Shown here: piece after piece, positions 1 to 13,100 of the stretch
How the letters are laid out: every line of letters begins with the position of its first letter
Numbering within the stretch: position 1 is the first letter of the stretch
Assembly (NCBI GenBank): GCA_976226885.1
Contig: OZ320314.1
Coordinates: forward strand, 48,918,001-48,982,000
DNA length: 64,000 nucleotides
DNA from: Iphione sp. A-MEVVRFRX5
Taxonomy: Eukaryota
Direction of reading: 5' to 3'
Translations under genes and position numbers: made by a program
Notes under the pieces: model-generated
What the model was told of the DNA's origin: nothing
Seen by the model: the letters and a program-made list of their open reading frames with translations, nothing else
The model's database searches: none

Positions 1-3000
1 ATAGAGTTTATGTAACTGTCAGAGAAAATGAAACAAAGACTCTTAGACACTTAACATCGTAAGTAATTTATGAGAGAACTTTAAGAAACAACGGTTATCT
101 TTGAACTGTTACTTGGTCAGTGATATCTCAATACAAGGAAACGTTTTAACTCGGATCTCTGCCTATTTCTTCCTTAACTCACACCACTAGGTTACACCTT
201 TTGTTTCGCCTTGGTTAAATGTATATTTAATTATCACAGTATCATTTATCATACGACAGGGTTTCCAGTTTGAATTTGAACATCGTCAAAAGATAGAGGC
301 CATGAGTTCCACAAGGCGACATCCTTCCTGCGAGTCGAACTTCAGAAAAAGTGATTCCGAAGAGTGATTCTTGCACATTACAGCAATAGGGTGCGCTCGC
401 CTTGTGTATCTATTTTAAACTAGTTAAACTATAGAGAAAATAGGTTACTTTAGTAAATTTGAAAAAAGCACGAGTTCTTTACTTGACTGATTAATAAAAA
501 TTAGTTTTCAGATCTATTTAATCTTAAACAGTTTTCACTTACGCTTTCAGTTACCGCTGCTTTTACTTTCTCACGACAGTTTACATTATTTTTTTAAACA
601 TTGCCGATGATTCACATAAGGAACCTTTATTTAAATTCAGCTTCTATCTTAATTATACATGCATGGGCGCATTATAGCATTACTAAATGGACTACAAATT
701 TTTATATATATATACATCAACACACTTTACTAGATCATTTGTCTAAACACCTGGTCAGAGTACCAACCCTACACTGGCGGTTGGTATACAGCTCTCATTA
801 AATAAGGGTACCAAACAGAGATTATCTCTAATAGCGTAATTCAAGGCAAGTTAAAATGGCGACATGCATATATTGAATTGCCAGCTCATCAGCCTATGAG
901 CATGGTGGTGCGTTGTGGTATGCTACGTAGGGAGGGTTCGCCCCTAGGACGGGAGGGGGCGCTACTTAGGGGGGAAGAGGTTTAAGTTTTGGTCCCTAGT
1001 ATACGGGAAGGAGCTATAGAGTTGACTTCCTGAAAGACCTCAACAGAAACTGGTCTGTCTACATAGAATATGCTCTCGAGATGGCACAGGATAATCAGAG
1101 AATCAATTAATAAAAACCTCAACGAGACTATTTGAGACATTTAAAAGCACAACTGACTTAACTGGTGATGGGTTAGAATAAAGGGTATCGATAGACGGGG
1201 TATTAGGGAGGTGCTGACTCATTTGTTGAATATTTAAGTGGAAAAATTGTGGAATAATGCATACATGCACGACCTTACTGACACTAGGACTGGCTGCAGT
1301 TCAAATATGGCACCCAAGCTCGAGTTTTAGCGATCACAAAGCTCTTCCATGAGGCAAACTGAAGATAGTAGTATCTAATAGTCACAAAATTCTTTCCGAA
1401 AACATCTCTCCATGTCCATAAGAAGAGAATTGAATAGAAAGGAAGACAACTGAAGGAAACCATAAGACATAAGTTTAGATATAATTTTCACATCACGAGC
1501 AGATTTAAGGAGAGAGTCTTTTTCTCAGAGAAGGGATCATTGGAATAATTTCGGATAGGACGATGATTTCTCTTAACAGCTTTCAAAGCATTCAAAGCAA
1601 AGAAAATCCCCGAGGAGATACTTAATGCTAGAGAGTGCTGGTTAACTGTTTGCTTTCATAGAGGCTATTAGCCTTCTACTCCGCCACTGTGCGCTCCCGA
1701 TTTTCATCTTAAATTCTCATTGTTTTCATTGAAAAGCCCCCTTTTGGTTTTCGTCATGTAAACCCTCTATACCCTCAGGATGGTGACAAGCGTACAGTGC
1801 GGTATAAGCCTGAACAGGGCCGCTGTGCATTAAATAACTCATGCTAAAGAGGGAAGGAATATTTAGCAAGAGCATGACCTTTCCGTATAATATATATAGA
1901 GAGCAGTACATTTATCAGCACTTAATAAAGTATAGGGAGATACAAAAGAGATGTTTTATCACATGCAATTCTCAAAATCCCCAAGAGAGTAAAAATCAAT
2001 TGTAACGATAATTGAATGTGAAAGAAAGAATTAATCTCATGTTTCTTTCCCAACAAGGTTCTGTTGAAGATGGAAGAAAAATGACATGCTAACTTTGCAA
2101 TACTTTCTGAGACCACATTTGAAAGCACGGGCATGGGCAGCCAATGGCAGGCATAACAAGGTAGGGTAAAAATGCGAAGCACGGGTGAACAGCCGCAAAG
2201 GTGGGGTTTATAAAACAGGGCCTCTCTTCTCTTTTGTAACATACATTCATAACATTTGATTTTAAAGGAGCTTTTGTGGGACAATTCAGTCAAATGGAAT
2301 TAACATTTGCTTTTGCTTTCTTTTTACTTGGCTCTCTGTCTCCCCTCTCCATATGCAACAGAAGGAAGGGAAAGGGGGGATCCAATACACAGAAAACGAA
2401 AGATGTTTAAGAGGAGTAGACATAAAACATAAAAGAACAATTTCATTGCGCCATCTACAAATATTTTGGTGGTAGTATTTCTTTGTCCATTTTATAAGTC
2501 GCAAGAAAACAAAGAGTTTAGTCAGAATACCTACAGGAGATGTTTATCATTTATATTGAACTGAAAAAAACATCATTGCAATTTTAGAAGTTTATTCTAC
2601 AAATAAAAGAAACCAACATTGTATCATTCTATAGATAATTAATTAAAAAGGGATAAATGAGGGGGAGTTCTGATGAACCAAAATTTACTGACAAATACAG
2701 AAATGTGACACAACTACTTCGCAGTGTATTGTTGTTAATTTCATTTTTTTTTAATTTAACAGCTTAAACAATTTTTAAATTATTTTAACTCTTTCACAGG
2801 GATCTCTTTTGAAACAATTTTGAAATACACTGTTTTGAAAGATCTTTTGTCACTTGAACGTATCAAAAACAATCTGTAAATTCTCTTCTAACGTAACTTA
2901 AGAGCAACCGCTGCAGGGGCTTTCGGGTTTAAATTTCCAAATTAACAGGGAACTAATGTCGTTTACCGCTTTGACCAGAGGGGAGATTCGATAGGACTAG

Positions 3001-6000
3001 ATTTTTGTCTCTTTTGACAACCATAGGATGGGCGAAAAATACACAAATAGACGTTTGATTGGTTACCAGTTGGCGTGCCAATCAACTTGTGATTTGTGGG
3101 AGGGCCAGTGTGAAACACGTACAGCAATAGAGAGAGAGCTCACGAAGTGGAATGGAAATAGACCAAAGCTGGAATGACGCAGATTCAGCCTAAGAGGTGA
3201 ATCGATACATTGAGTAGGACATAAAGGTTTGTGATAATATGTGTGTAGCACATCGAAACGTCGGACAAGGATACCTACATCTCCCAAAACTATGTATTTC
3301 ACACCAGGCTTAAAAAACCAAAACCAATACAGTTATTTTTCATTTGTTTAAATTTGTTTATAGAGGATGCACAGTACTCGAATTCATAAAGAGTATGGCT
3401 AGGTTGGTTAGATAGACAGAAGGTCATCTGAAATTTACAATGGTTATCAAGAGAATGCATGCTAGATTACTAAAACTTGTTTAAGTCAACATTTATAGTT
3501 TGCATGTATGAAAATTTCGAACGCTATTTTAAGGAAAGGATTTTGATTTTATTTAAGTGCAGAAACATCAATAGAATGGTCAAATTTCTCAAAGTCAGTG
3601 GAAATTTGCATTGAGCAAGAATCAACATGTTTATTAGGACTGTTACAAAATGTTGACTTATGATTATTATGAAAAATCCAAACAATGTACGATTAATACA
3701 TTTAAGTGCAAGAGCAAATAATACACTAAATACACCAATATATATATCAACTAAATTGGCGCATTAAGGACAAAAGGAGAATACATAAATTATTGGTTAT
3801 TTGAAGTCTCATGAGAAACACTTTAAAATAAATTTTCTTTCCGGCTTTTTGTATTTTCTTCAGCTACAAAGGGAATATTTTGTGCTCTAAAAGGTATCAA
3901 AAGCTCCAATTTATTAAAGATATATGTCCCAAGTTTAGTCCACCAAAACGACGAACAATACATCTCTCAACAAAACAAAGATTCGCAAGGGTTTTCCAAG
4001 AATGAACAAGGAATAAGGAAAAACAGGGGGGAGTTCCAGGTCAGAGGTCAAGAGGTCAGGGCAGGTTAGGTCGAGGTCGGGCAGGATAGGTCAAGGTCAA
4101 GAGTGCATATAGAGCCAGAGGTCACAGAAATGTGGTCTCATAATCCAATGAATTCTAATATTTTCAATCCTATGTGCTTACAATTCAGGTTGCTCATATG
4201 CCTGTGTATCCCTTACTGTGATTGGGTTCTACCTAAACAATTAGGGGTTTTCTGATTGCGAAAGGTTCACACTAATCTTTACATGTCATACTGCAAAGAG
4301 ACAAGTGGACTGAATGCTCAGTAATCTTTAACTTGACCTTAGGTGCTCAGATGCCTCAATTATTCTATAATAGCAAACTACTGCTTTACAATGCAAAGAA
4401 AACCCAAAAAACACAATAAAAAATTATAAGAAAAACCCAAACAAAAATAATTATGTTTCTTGTAATAACCCTCTATATAGGTGTCCTATGTTTATTTTGG
4501 AGGAATATTCTAGAAATTTTCTTGTCTCTTTGCAACCTTTACAGGCAACCCATACCTCAGGCTGAAATCAAATGAATGAGAAAATGATAATATAAAACCA
4601 AATAAAACAAAAAGATCAGGCCAACGGAACAATAATCGTGAAATAAATATAAATGTTAAGATCATTTGAATAGTGATGACATCTGTTCAAGAGTAATTAG
4701 ATAATTTTGAAATCAAGTGTAATAAAGCAAGTCCCATCCCGAATTCAGTAAGAAAGACAGTATATCATGCTTCATGGAGTATCTTATCAGAATACCAATT
4801 TAAGTTTTGAAATCAAATATGGGAAATTAAGCAAGAGATGTGCATGTGAAAAGATATTTTCCTTATGAATTCTATGTAGAAAAAGGAACCTGAATGATTA
4901 AATGAAAGTGTGTTGCTGGGAGAATCACCAGTGTCTAAGTCGTTTAAAAAAATCTAATTAGACGTGTGCTAGATCTGAAATTTCTATTCTTGTAACACTG
5001 CTCCAGGGGGGCCCACAACGTAAGGTTCCGGGGTCCTATCTCTGGTTTTGGGAAAAGGGACAGAATCATACTTCCCGGGACAAAGTAAATGTAAACTTTC
5101 ATCAAAGGATAGAAATGATTTTGGGGGCGAGTCAGTCAATGGTTGCATGAAGAGTCAATAACGAATGACGAAATTTCCGTAGTTTCAGTATATGAAATTA
5201 TAAGGTCAAATATACCAAGATACCATACAATAACTCTAAATTGGATGAAATATACCACAATTAATTCCACATGCATATACATACAGGTAGACTTGTATAT
5301 AAATCTCGGATGATTGGGAGTCATAGGGACAAAAAGTAACCATTACAAGAACAAATTTCGAGGTTTCCATGATAATCCTAGGCAATCTGCACTGCCGCCG
5401 GCATCGAGAACTTACACTTTTAAGAGAATGTCTATCTTGGTGGAAGGGAAAACTTGTAGAGGGGTATAGCAATGAACGAATTGAGCTTTTTAAACGTATT
5501 ATATTAGCTAGTTAAGACAGGGACCTCGATTACCTTTTGGGTAACTGATAATGATTCCGGAAACTATTTTAACACTTGTTGCTTTTTGCAAAGTATCTTG
5601 AAGAATGCTTGGTAATTTTCGCCAGAGTGTTAACCTTTACCATTTTTTTTTCATCATTCTCGTTTACATATTTGTCCGTTTTTTTTCTAGGAAATTTTAA
5701 CACATGTTACCCCCTTTGTCTGCTTTTATACATGTTGCATAAATTGGCGTTTGTTTTCAATGCCTTTTTAAATTTCGTTCGCAAAATTAACAAAATAAAC
5801 CGTATCAGTAAGTAAGTATATGAAACAATAATGCAAAACATAATTCAATTTGTCTCAAAAACGTAACAGAACCAATTAAGCTGGCCGGACGCACATTGTC
5901 GCTATGACAACGACCTCTACTTTAGTATCGGGTCACTGTGATATATTTTACCTTGTACTTCGAAAATAGTACCAAGTTTCCATGAACAAAAATGGGGAGA

Positions 6001-7080
6001 AATAAAGAGACAAATACCATAATACACATGGCACCTAAAAGCTGTAACAACAGTCGAAAAGTCAATGGTTTAAAATATCTCTTTTACGCTTCCATTGCAT
6101 GCATCAAGATTACTGCATACAATTTAAACTCCTTTTGTATTCATAAATAAACAATTCGGTAAAAAGATAAATACCGGGTACATAATTTGAATTTGGAACG
6201 TGCAAATTTAACCTTTCAAAAACGTAATAGATTTTGAAAGCATTTTCTATTGCTATATATGATTGGGAGTACTTCTGCCTTGCCATTCCCAAAAGGCTGC
6301 TTATAATTTCTCCTATGAACCATAATATGTGTCTAAGAAACATAAGAACAAATTTAGACTTTGAAACTTATGGGAGTTTTTGAAAGACATCACTGGCAGA
6401 GACACTGAATCATAAATCAAGGCATAAATTCACCCATTCATTCCAGTTCTTACTGAAAAACTATGGAAAATTATTTTCAAATTTAGGTCTGAAACATCAT
6501 AGGGTGTAACCAAGTAATTCATAATATGAAGAAATGCAATCACAGGTAGTGGGCATTAAAATAATTCCATAGGGAAATAATAGTCTTACAGACCAATAAC
6601 ATTCATAATCAACAGAGTTTCGTACGTTGCCACTTGATGCAAGTAGGGTATTTCAGATATTCTCCATGCTGATAGAAATTTATTTATACATAAGTTTCAT
6701 TCAACTTTCAGAAATACAAACCACGACAGAGTTTAGTTAATATGTTGGGGGGGCGGGGAAATTTCAAACCTTCCTTGTACGTCTTGACAGCCAAGGTCAT
6801 TGGAGGCTGGTATTTGAACAACTGCAGTGTTAAACCCAAACGAGTGATAAACCACTGCACGGAAGCTTTACTCAAATGTAACAGAAACCTGGCTAGGACA
6901 TATAGACATCTCAGCTTAGCTCGGAGCTGTCGGATCTGCACCAATGAGTCTCTGCTCCAACATAGCAGGCGACAAGGTAGAAAACATACGAAATTAAATG
7001 CTCGCAAGTGGAAAAAGGAAAAGGGGTTAATCAACTATATATATATATATGCACAGCAGGTATAAATTAAGAATGCTGAC

Positions 7081-7164
7081 CTGGAACTCTGTTACTAGAA
7101 CATCCGTGATGCTGCCAATGACAGTGATGAAGTCGAACACGTTCCATGGATCCCGGAAATAATT
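7081..7164 (-). CDS. Cav2: Cav2 exon, IVS3 ([28 protein letters not shown])
   Basis: 84 nt; cccttttaag / gtcagc. Confidence 0.96.
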
Positions 7165-10100
7165 CTTAAAAGGGACGAAAAGTTAAAAAAAAACAAGAGA
7201 AAAGCATTAACTTGCTTCGAGAAAGGAATTATTCCTTGCATCACAAAGCCAATGCATCCTCGTTCTTTGGACACTGTATAAATACAGGTATTTGAACACC
7301 ACTTCAAAGTGTCTGAATGCTTATATTAAGAGAGATTTTTGCTCCAAAGATGCCGAAATGAAGTACTGTGACGACAAGAAAATATGAGAACTACAAATGG
7401 TGAATCGTTATTTTATAAATCACAGAGGCTATATCGTTGAATAGATGCAAGAATCGACACAAATATTTTTTTCACAGTTTCACCAAAATTTACCGGATGC
7501 CCGAATAGTTACGATAAAAAGTGAAATACAAACATGGTTAATATCGGACAAGAATATGCACCAAAGAGAAACATTTGAATCCCAACGTGCATTCAATAAC
7601 AGCACTTGACATCCAACTTCGTTTTTCGAATGAATTACATTTCCCCTCGTTTGGGAAATGTCCTTAAATTTAAAGAGAGATAGTTTTGAAAACAAATGCA
7701 GATAAGAACGCTTCCTTTTGAATGAAGGCAGGTTCAGGCAACAAAAGTTTCTGGTGAGATATTTTGATCGCGTTCTCGTGCTCATGCCGTTGAAGGTGCC
7801 ACTAGTAAAAATGTAATATTCCAAGGGCACCATGCAAGTAACAGGGTAGTGTTGGAGAGAAGATACAAACACAAGATAATTTCGGATCTCCGCTGCTTTG
7901 ACGGTACTGCGATGTCCGCAGTGACTTTGTTGTTGAGTTACATGTATATATCTACATACAATTGCAGTGAACGCAAGATCCGTCATAAATGTGATCCCTG
8001 CTTCCTCAACACAGACATATCTTTTGAACTTCAATTAAAGATCAAGTGTATATTTTAAAGTTTTTTCCCCTATTTTCAAATAATGCACACATTGAGTTAA
8101 TCTGAAATTAAACTGACACTATTCACTGTTTGGAAAGTCATTTGAACAGAAACACAGTTTCAAAAAGAATAAATGTATGTATCATTTAGCCTCCACATGA
8201 CGGATTTAAGAACTTCCTTTTGCTATGAAGTTGCACTGAATGCATTTCAAAGCGAAAAAGACATCTTTAATAATTCCTTATGGACTAGTGTCAGTTTTTA
8301 CTACCTATCAATTCACCCCACTGTACCACTGAAATAAGCTATTGAATAACATAATGAGGAGAAAGTAAATTGGTGGAAATAATGCAGTGACATACAAATA
8401 AAAAGAAAATCCACAGTTTAAGAAATGAATTGCCGCTAATTAAGTAAATACTGCGTCCCTGTATTACTATAAAAGTTGGAGCCAAATTAAAAGCGATATC
8501 TGGACAAATTAATATGGAATAAGTCACTACTGAATCATTATACAAAAACATTACTATAATAATAGGTCCCTGATAGTACAGTGGAGAGAAAAGTATACAG
8601 ATAAGATATAAGTGACTTTCACATCTAGAAATGTCGCACACTAATATGCAAATGTCTGGAATAAATCTTAGTACTGTTTCATATAATGAAACCACACAAT
8701 ATAAAGTAACTTAATTCGATACAATTTTGCGTGTCTTATAGTCACAAACATCTTCTGCTCAAGGACACTTTAACCATACCAGTGGTGAGTTGACCTTGAC
8801 GTTCCACCATAGAATAATTAATTTGGACATAATTTCCATAAATTATTTCCAAGAGACTTAACTAGTTAGGAGTGAAGAAATGAAGATAGAAAGTATCACA
8901 ATACAATAATCAAGGGAACTGTCGATCCACTTGATTTAAAACGAAACCCAAGAAGAAAGCTTGAATACCAATACGTTGAAAACAGGTAGTAACACATAAC
9001 TGTACTGCAGCTAGTATTTTGAATTCGCTTATAGACATCAAGACAATATGCAAGATGTATAGTCTCAGTGATCAATTCACCAATGGGTTGGGGTGACATA
9101 TTTACGATATCGGCAATATTACAAATAATTCGACTGGTTCTTAGGACAGCAGCCAACCTTAGGTCCGAATGCAAGTATCTTGAGGGTACATTCAAATGAG
9201 AACATCACGGTGAACGCCATGTTCATGTACTGCAAAGTTTCGCAGTACGTTTGGTATGAGACAGATCTATGCTCACTGTAGTACTGCATGTTGCAAGTTG
9301 AAAGAAAGATAAAAAACAAAGCCGAGATAAATAATGTGCAAACAGTAAAGGTAATGTATGTAACAGGCCAGCCCCAACCCGTGGCGAGTAGAAGGGTTGA
9401 ACGGGAAAGTTAGGTCCCATGATCGCCATTCAAACAGTCCGTCGCGCTGGGTTAGGGCAGGGAAAAAGGTTTCCATGGCCACAAGACCATGAACCACAAG
9501 TTCTCGTCAGATAAAAAAATGCTAACGTGTGATCCCTACCACCTGAAAGAATGCAACCATAAATTGTGGTGTAAAGCATCCATAACAAGGAATGTCTGTT
9601 CAAGACCAAAATGTTGGGCTTGTAATCGGCCAGCAGTGTGAGGCGAGGAAATAGTCTAGAACTAATGCTCCCCCCCCCCTCAAAAATTGGTGCACCTGCA
9701 TAGGAGAATATTAGGCACAGAATGTTGCAGTGGCTCTATGCAAGACTAACGCTTCTAGAATGTGTCGGGAAGGGAAAGGCATGGCGGGCAAATCAAATTC
9801 CTCTGATGCGTTCTACAGATAGCACTGCCGAGCATTCCTGTATGGCGAATGCTCGACACCACAAAATGCGGCTATTAGCAAAAAGGGACGTAAATTCTAC
9901 AGGGGACCAAACGTGTTAGTTGGTAGACAAATTGTGCAACCAGGCACAGAACAGTGTGTCTTTTTCTTACCCGTATGCCAAAGGCCAATAACTTGAGTAT
10001 ACATTCAATTGTAAAGAGTATTGTGAAGGCGGTATTAAGATATCGTAGGATGTTCTCATATGTTTCGGGCTGGCCATCAAACTGGGAGAGCAAACAAACA

Positions 10101-13100
10101 AGACAACATCAACGCAAATCAGCGTACCATAATATTGCGAAAGGTCAACGCAGATAAAAGAAAAAATGCACAAGCAATCATATTTAGCAGACGTCACATA
10201 TGTTCATAAGGCATTCCGCCTCTGGCTACAACGCGTACATCTTTTTGTTAACACCAAACCCTTTTCATTAATTTGGTTAGAGACTGGCTATCTTTTATTT
10301 TGACAAACATCTGACTTGTAAGTTCAAAATGACAATTTGTTTTGAGAGCAGGATGTAATACAGAGACCAACATTTCTATGTTTGCAGTTTTTAATATATT
10401 GTGGAAATAAATTTGCGTTTCAGTCCTTTAGTTATAGTTAGCCGAAGTAATTTCAAGGGAAACAATATATGACTTTATTTCTGTTAAATTTCATTATCAA
10501 CGTTATTTTACTTTTACATACAACAGAAATAAATGGAAATCTGGTTGGTAGGAGAGTAATATCGCCTTAAATGTAAACCCGATTCAGTAATTATGACAAT
10601 AAGGGTATGGTGTGGTAGGAAACATCGTCACATGCAAAATTATATTAAAATTGACAATAATTAATTACATAATATGTCATGCTTGGGATGATATGAAGAT
10701 CAACTCTATTGAACAGAGGCGGATTTGAACGCAGACACCAAACGTCATAAAACAACTGATCCCCTAAAAGCAAGGATTAAAGTTGATATACCTCTGTTTA
10801 CGAGTGTTATCAATCAGTGTTAGGAATTTCATTTTTTAATCAAAAGCAATATTAGATGTCAGAGATACGTATAGTGCTTGGGTAAAATTTACAAAAATTG
10901 GAACAGAACTAAAAAAAGGTTTCATCTACTCACGAAAAAGGTTACAAGATTTTACATAGGAATTGATTGATTGTGGAATTTTTCACACAGATGTAGTACT
11001 TGTCTTCTTTTAATCGGCTGTATTTCAATTTTTAATTTTTTTATGGACTGAAAGTTTTTTCTCAGGTGTACATGGTGATACATGAGGATGGTTGATAAAA
11101 CGAATAATTATTGGGGAAGGAGGTGAAGAGCTTTTCACGCAGGACATGATACAGGTAAGCCATAGGTTTAGCGAACTAATTACATGATAACATGGTATAA
11201 ATTATATGCGTTGCTTTGAATTGTGTCTAAATAACAGATGATAATGTTCATGCAGGCAATTTGGGTCACATAGATGGTGTGTCAAGTACGTGTTCCAACT
11301 AAAGCAAATGCGTAGAAAACTACTTCCATTCTCTTGTAATTGATCGTTATTTTCTGCAATTTCTTAGATTGAGAACCGTCTACGAGTGAAATTTTTTGGT
11401 AGTTATTTCTTAATTTTATCTTTGACAAATTAGTTCCCCTTACCAGGACAAAGAGAATGGATATCAAACTGAATTGTCTATGCAAAATATAAGCATGGCC
11501 TTTTATTTCTGTTGCATGGCTTTGGTAAGTATGTTCTGTATTGTTAGCCAAGACTTCCTCCATAAAAGCAATGCATAGAATTAACTTTTGAAAGAAAAAG
11601 TAGCTAAGGAACGCGTGTCTTCTTGGAATCACCAGTTAATCGTTTCTTCATTCTTTAGGATTGCTCTGATGGATTAAACTGGCTCTTTAATGTATTTCTT
11701 CATCATATTTCAACTTTGGTGGTTGCTATTTCATTTAATAACATTGGTTTTAATATTATGAGGACACAGATTATGGTATTGAATCAGACAGTTCGTTTTT
11801 GGAAAATGCACAACGGTTTTAATTTGTTACGATCATTTGACATATGCTTTCTCTGTGACCATGGGTAGAGAAAAAAGACAAATATTAATTTGAATATCGC
11901 ATGTGACTAAAATGAATTGACATTTCAAGCTGTGCATTTTCCACTAATCTATGTAATTTGTCTCTTGTTGTTTTGTATCTAGCATTTTAAACTATTTATG
12001 ATAAGAGAGAATCAATAATGAGGATTTACTTTCATTGTATTGAGCATGTAGGCCTATATGTTTATAGAAATGATGGCTTTCCGTAAAGGGAATACATTTT
12101 TCTGGGTCATGCACTTCACTTTGGAACACATGAAATGAAATGTGAAGTGTGAGTTAAAATCTTTTGTATATGGACATGCGCATTGTATTCCTCATTGTTG
12201 CTCTCTATTTATATAGCGTTTTCAGTTTTGCTAAAGTTTAACTGAGTTTTGATCAAAGAAAAAGTATCCCGTTTGGAAATTTTTACATGTATACTAGAAC
12301 CGATCGAAACGATTTTTGAATGGTTAAAAGTTGACATAAATACTAATATATTTCTATATAAAGCGGCAATGCTAACTTGCTTCCTAGCAAAGGGCTCCTT
12401 TGGGGTATCGCCGAAAGTTTCAGATACTTGTTCTTGGATTACTAGATATACACATATATATGCTTTGCCTAGATACCGTTGCTTTAAATTTTAATAGCAA
12501 CTTTGTGGCTATAGAGCGTATGGTCTTCATGTATATGACTTCAATTTCCCTTCCGCATTTGTGACAGATGTCGCGTTAGGTCATTCTATTTGTATTTATT
12601 TCATGATTATACCTAAGGCAGCTCTCCTACCTGAGGTCGCAAGCGGTACAGAGGCAAAGTTATTTATATTCTCTGACATCTACCATTAAACAGGATCAAA
12701 TATATTACAGGTATTGTGAATCATAAGATATCATCATAATCTTTACTAGTGAAATGGAATATTATATCAATGTTCTTGTCTTATGGTATTCTAGAAAATC
12801 TTTTGGATGAATAACATTTATTTCAGAAAACCATATACTTCGAAGTATATCTGATCCTGAAGAGTCTTCAGGACTTACCTTCATCATCAGGATTATTGTA
12901 TTGAGTGCGATCATAACCATTATAAAATATTCAAAAGGTGCTGAGACAACTAGCCGCCAAACCCGGTACTTGATCGAGTCCTTGTTCTTCGGCATGTATC
13001 GACACAAAGGCCTTGCATTGATTGCAAAGTCGATGCATTGTTTCTGGAAATTGGACAAACATATAAATGCTTTATCTGGCGGATATTCAACCGATGTAAT

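Noticed and set aside
280-1700. Fragments vaguely like a tyrosine recombinase (EVRLAGRMS), a LINE RT (IISKLMSYGF) and a tRNA-derived SINE head (~900-950)
   Set aside because: Too degraded to support by eye; needs RepeatMasker or HMM searches.
1-7080. Search for the IVS4 exon (FLRLFRAARLIKLLRQG...)
   Set aside because: No matching coding sequence found; the exon presumably lies left of the window.
7480-8034. Longest ORF in the track (184 aa, minus), with an AFT motif faintly like IVS2
   Set aside because: No sustained similarity to the channel or any family I recognise; the nearby acceptor gives a stop in the required phase 0.
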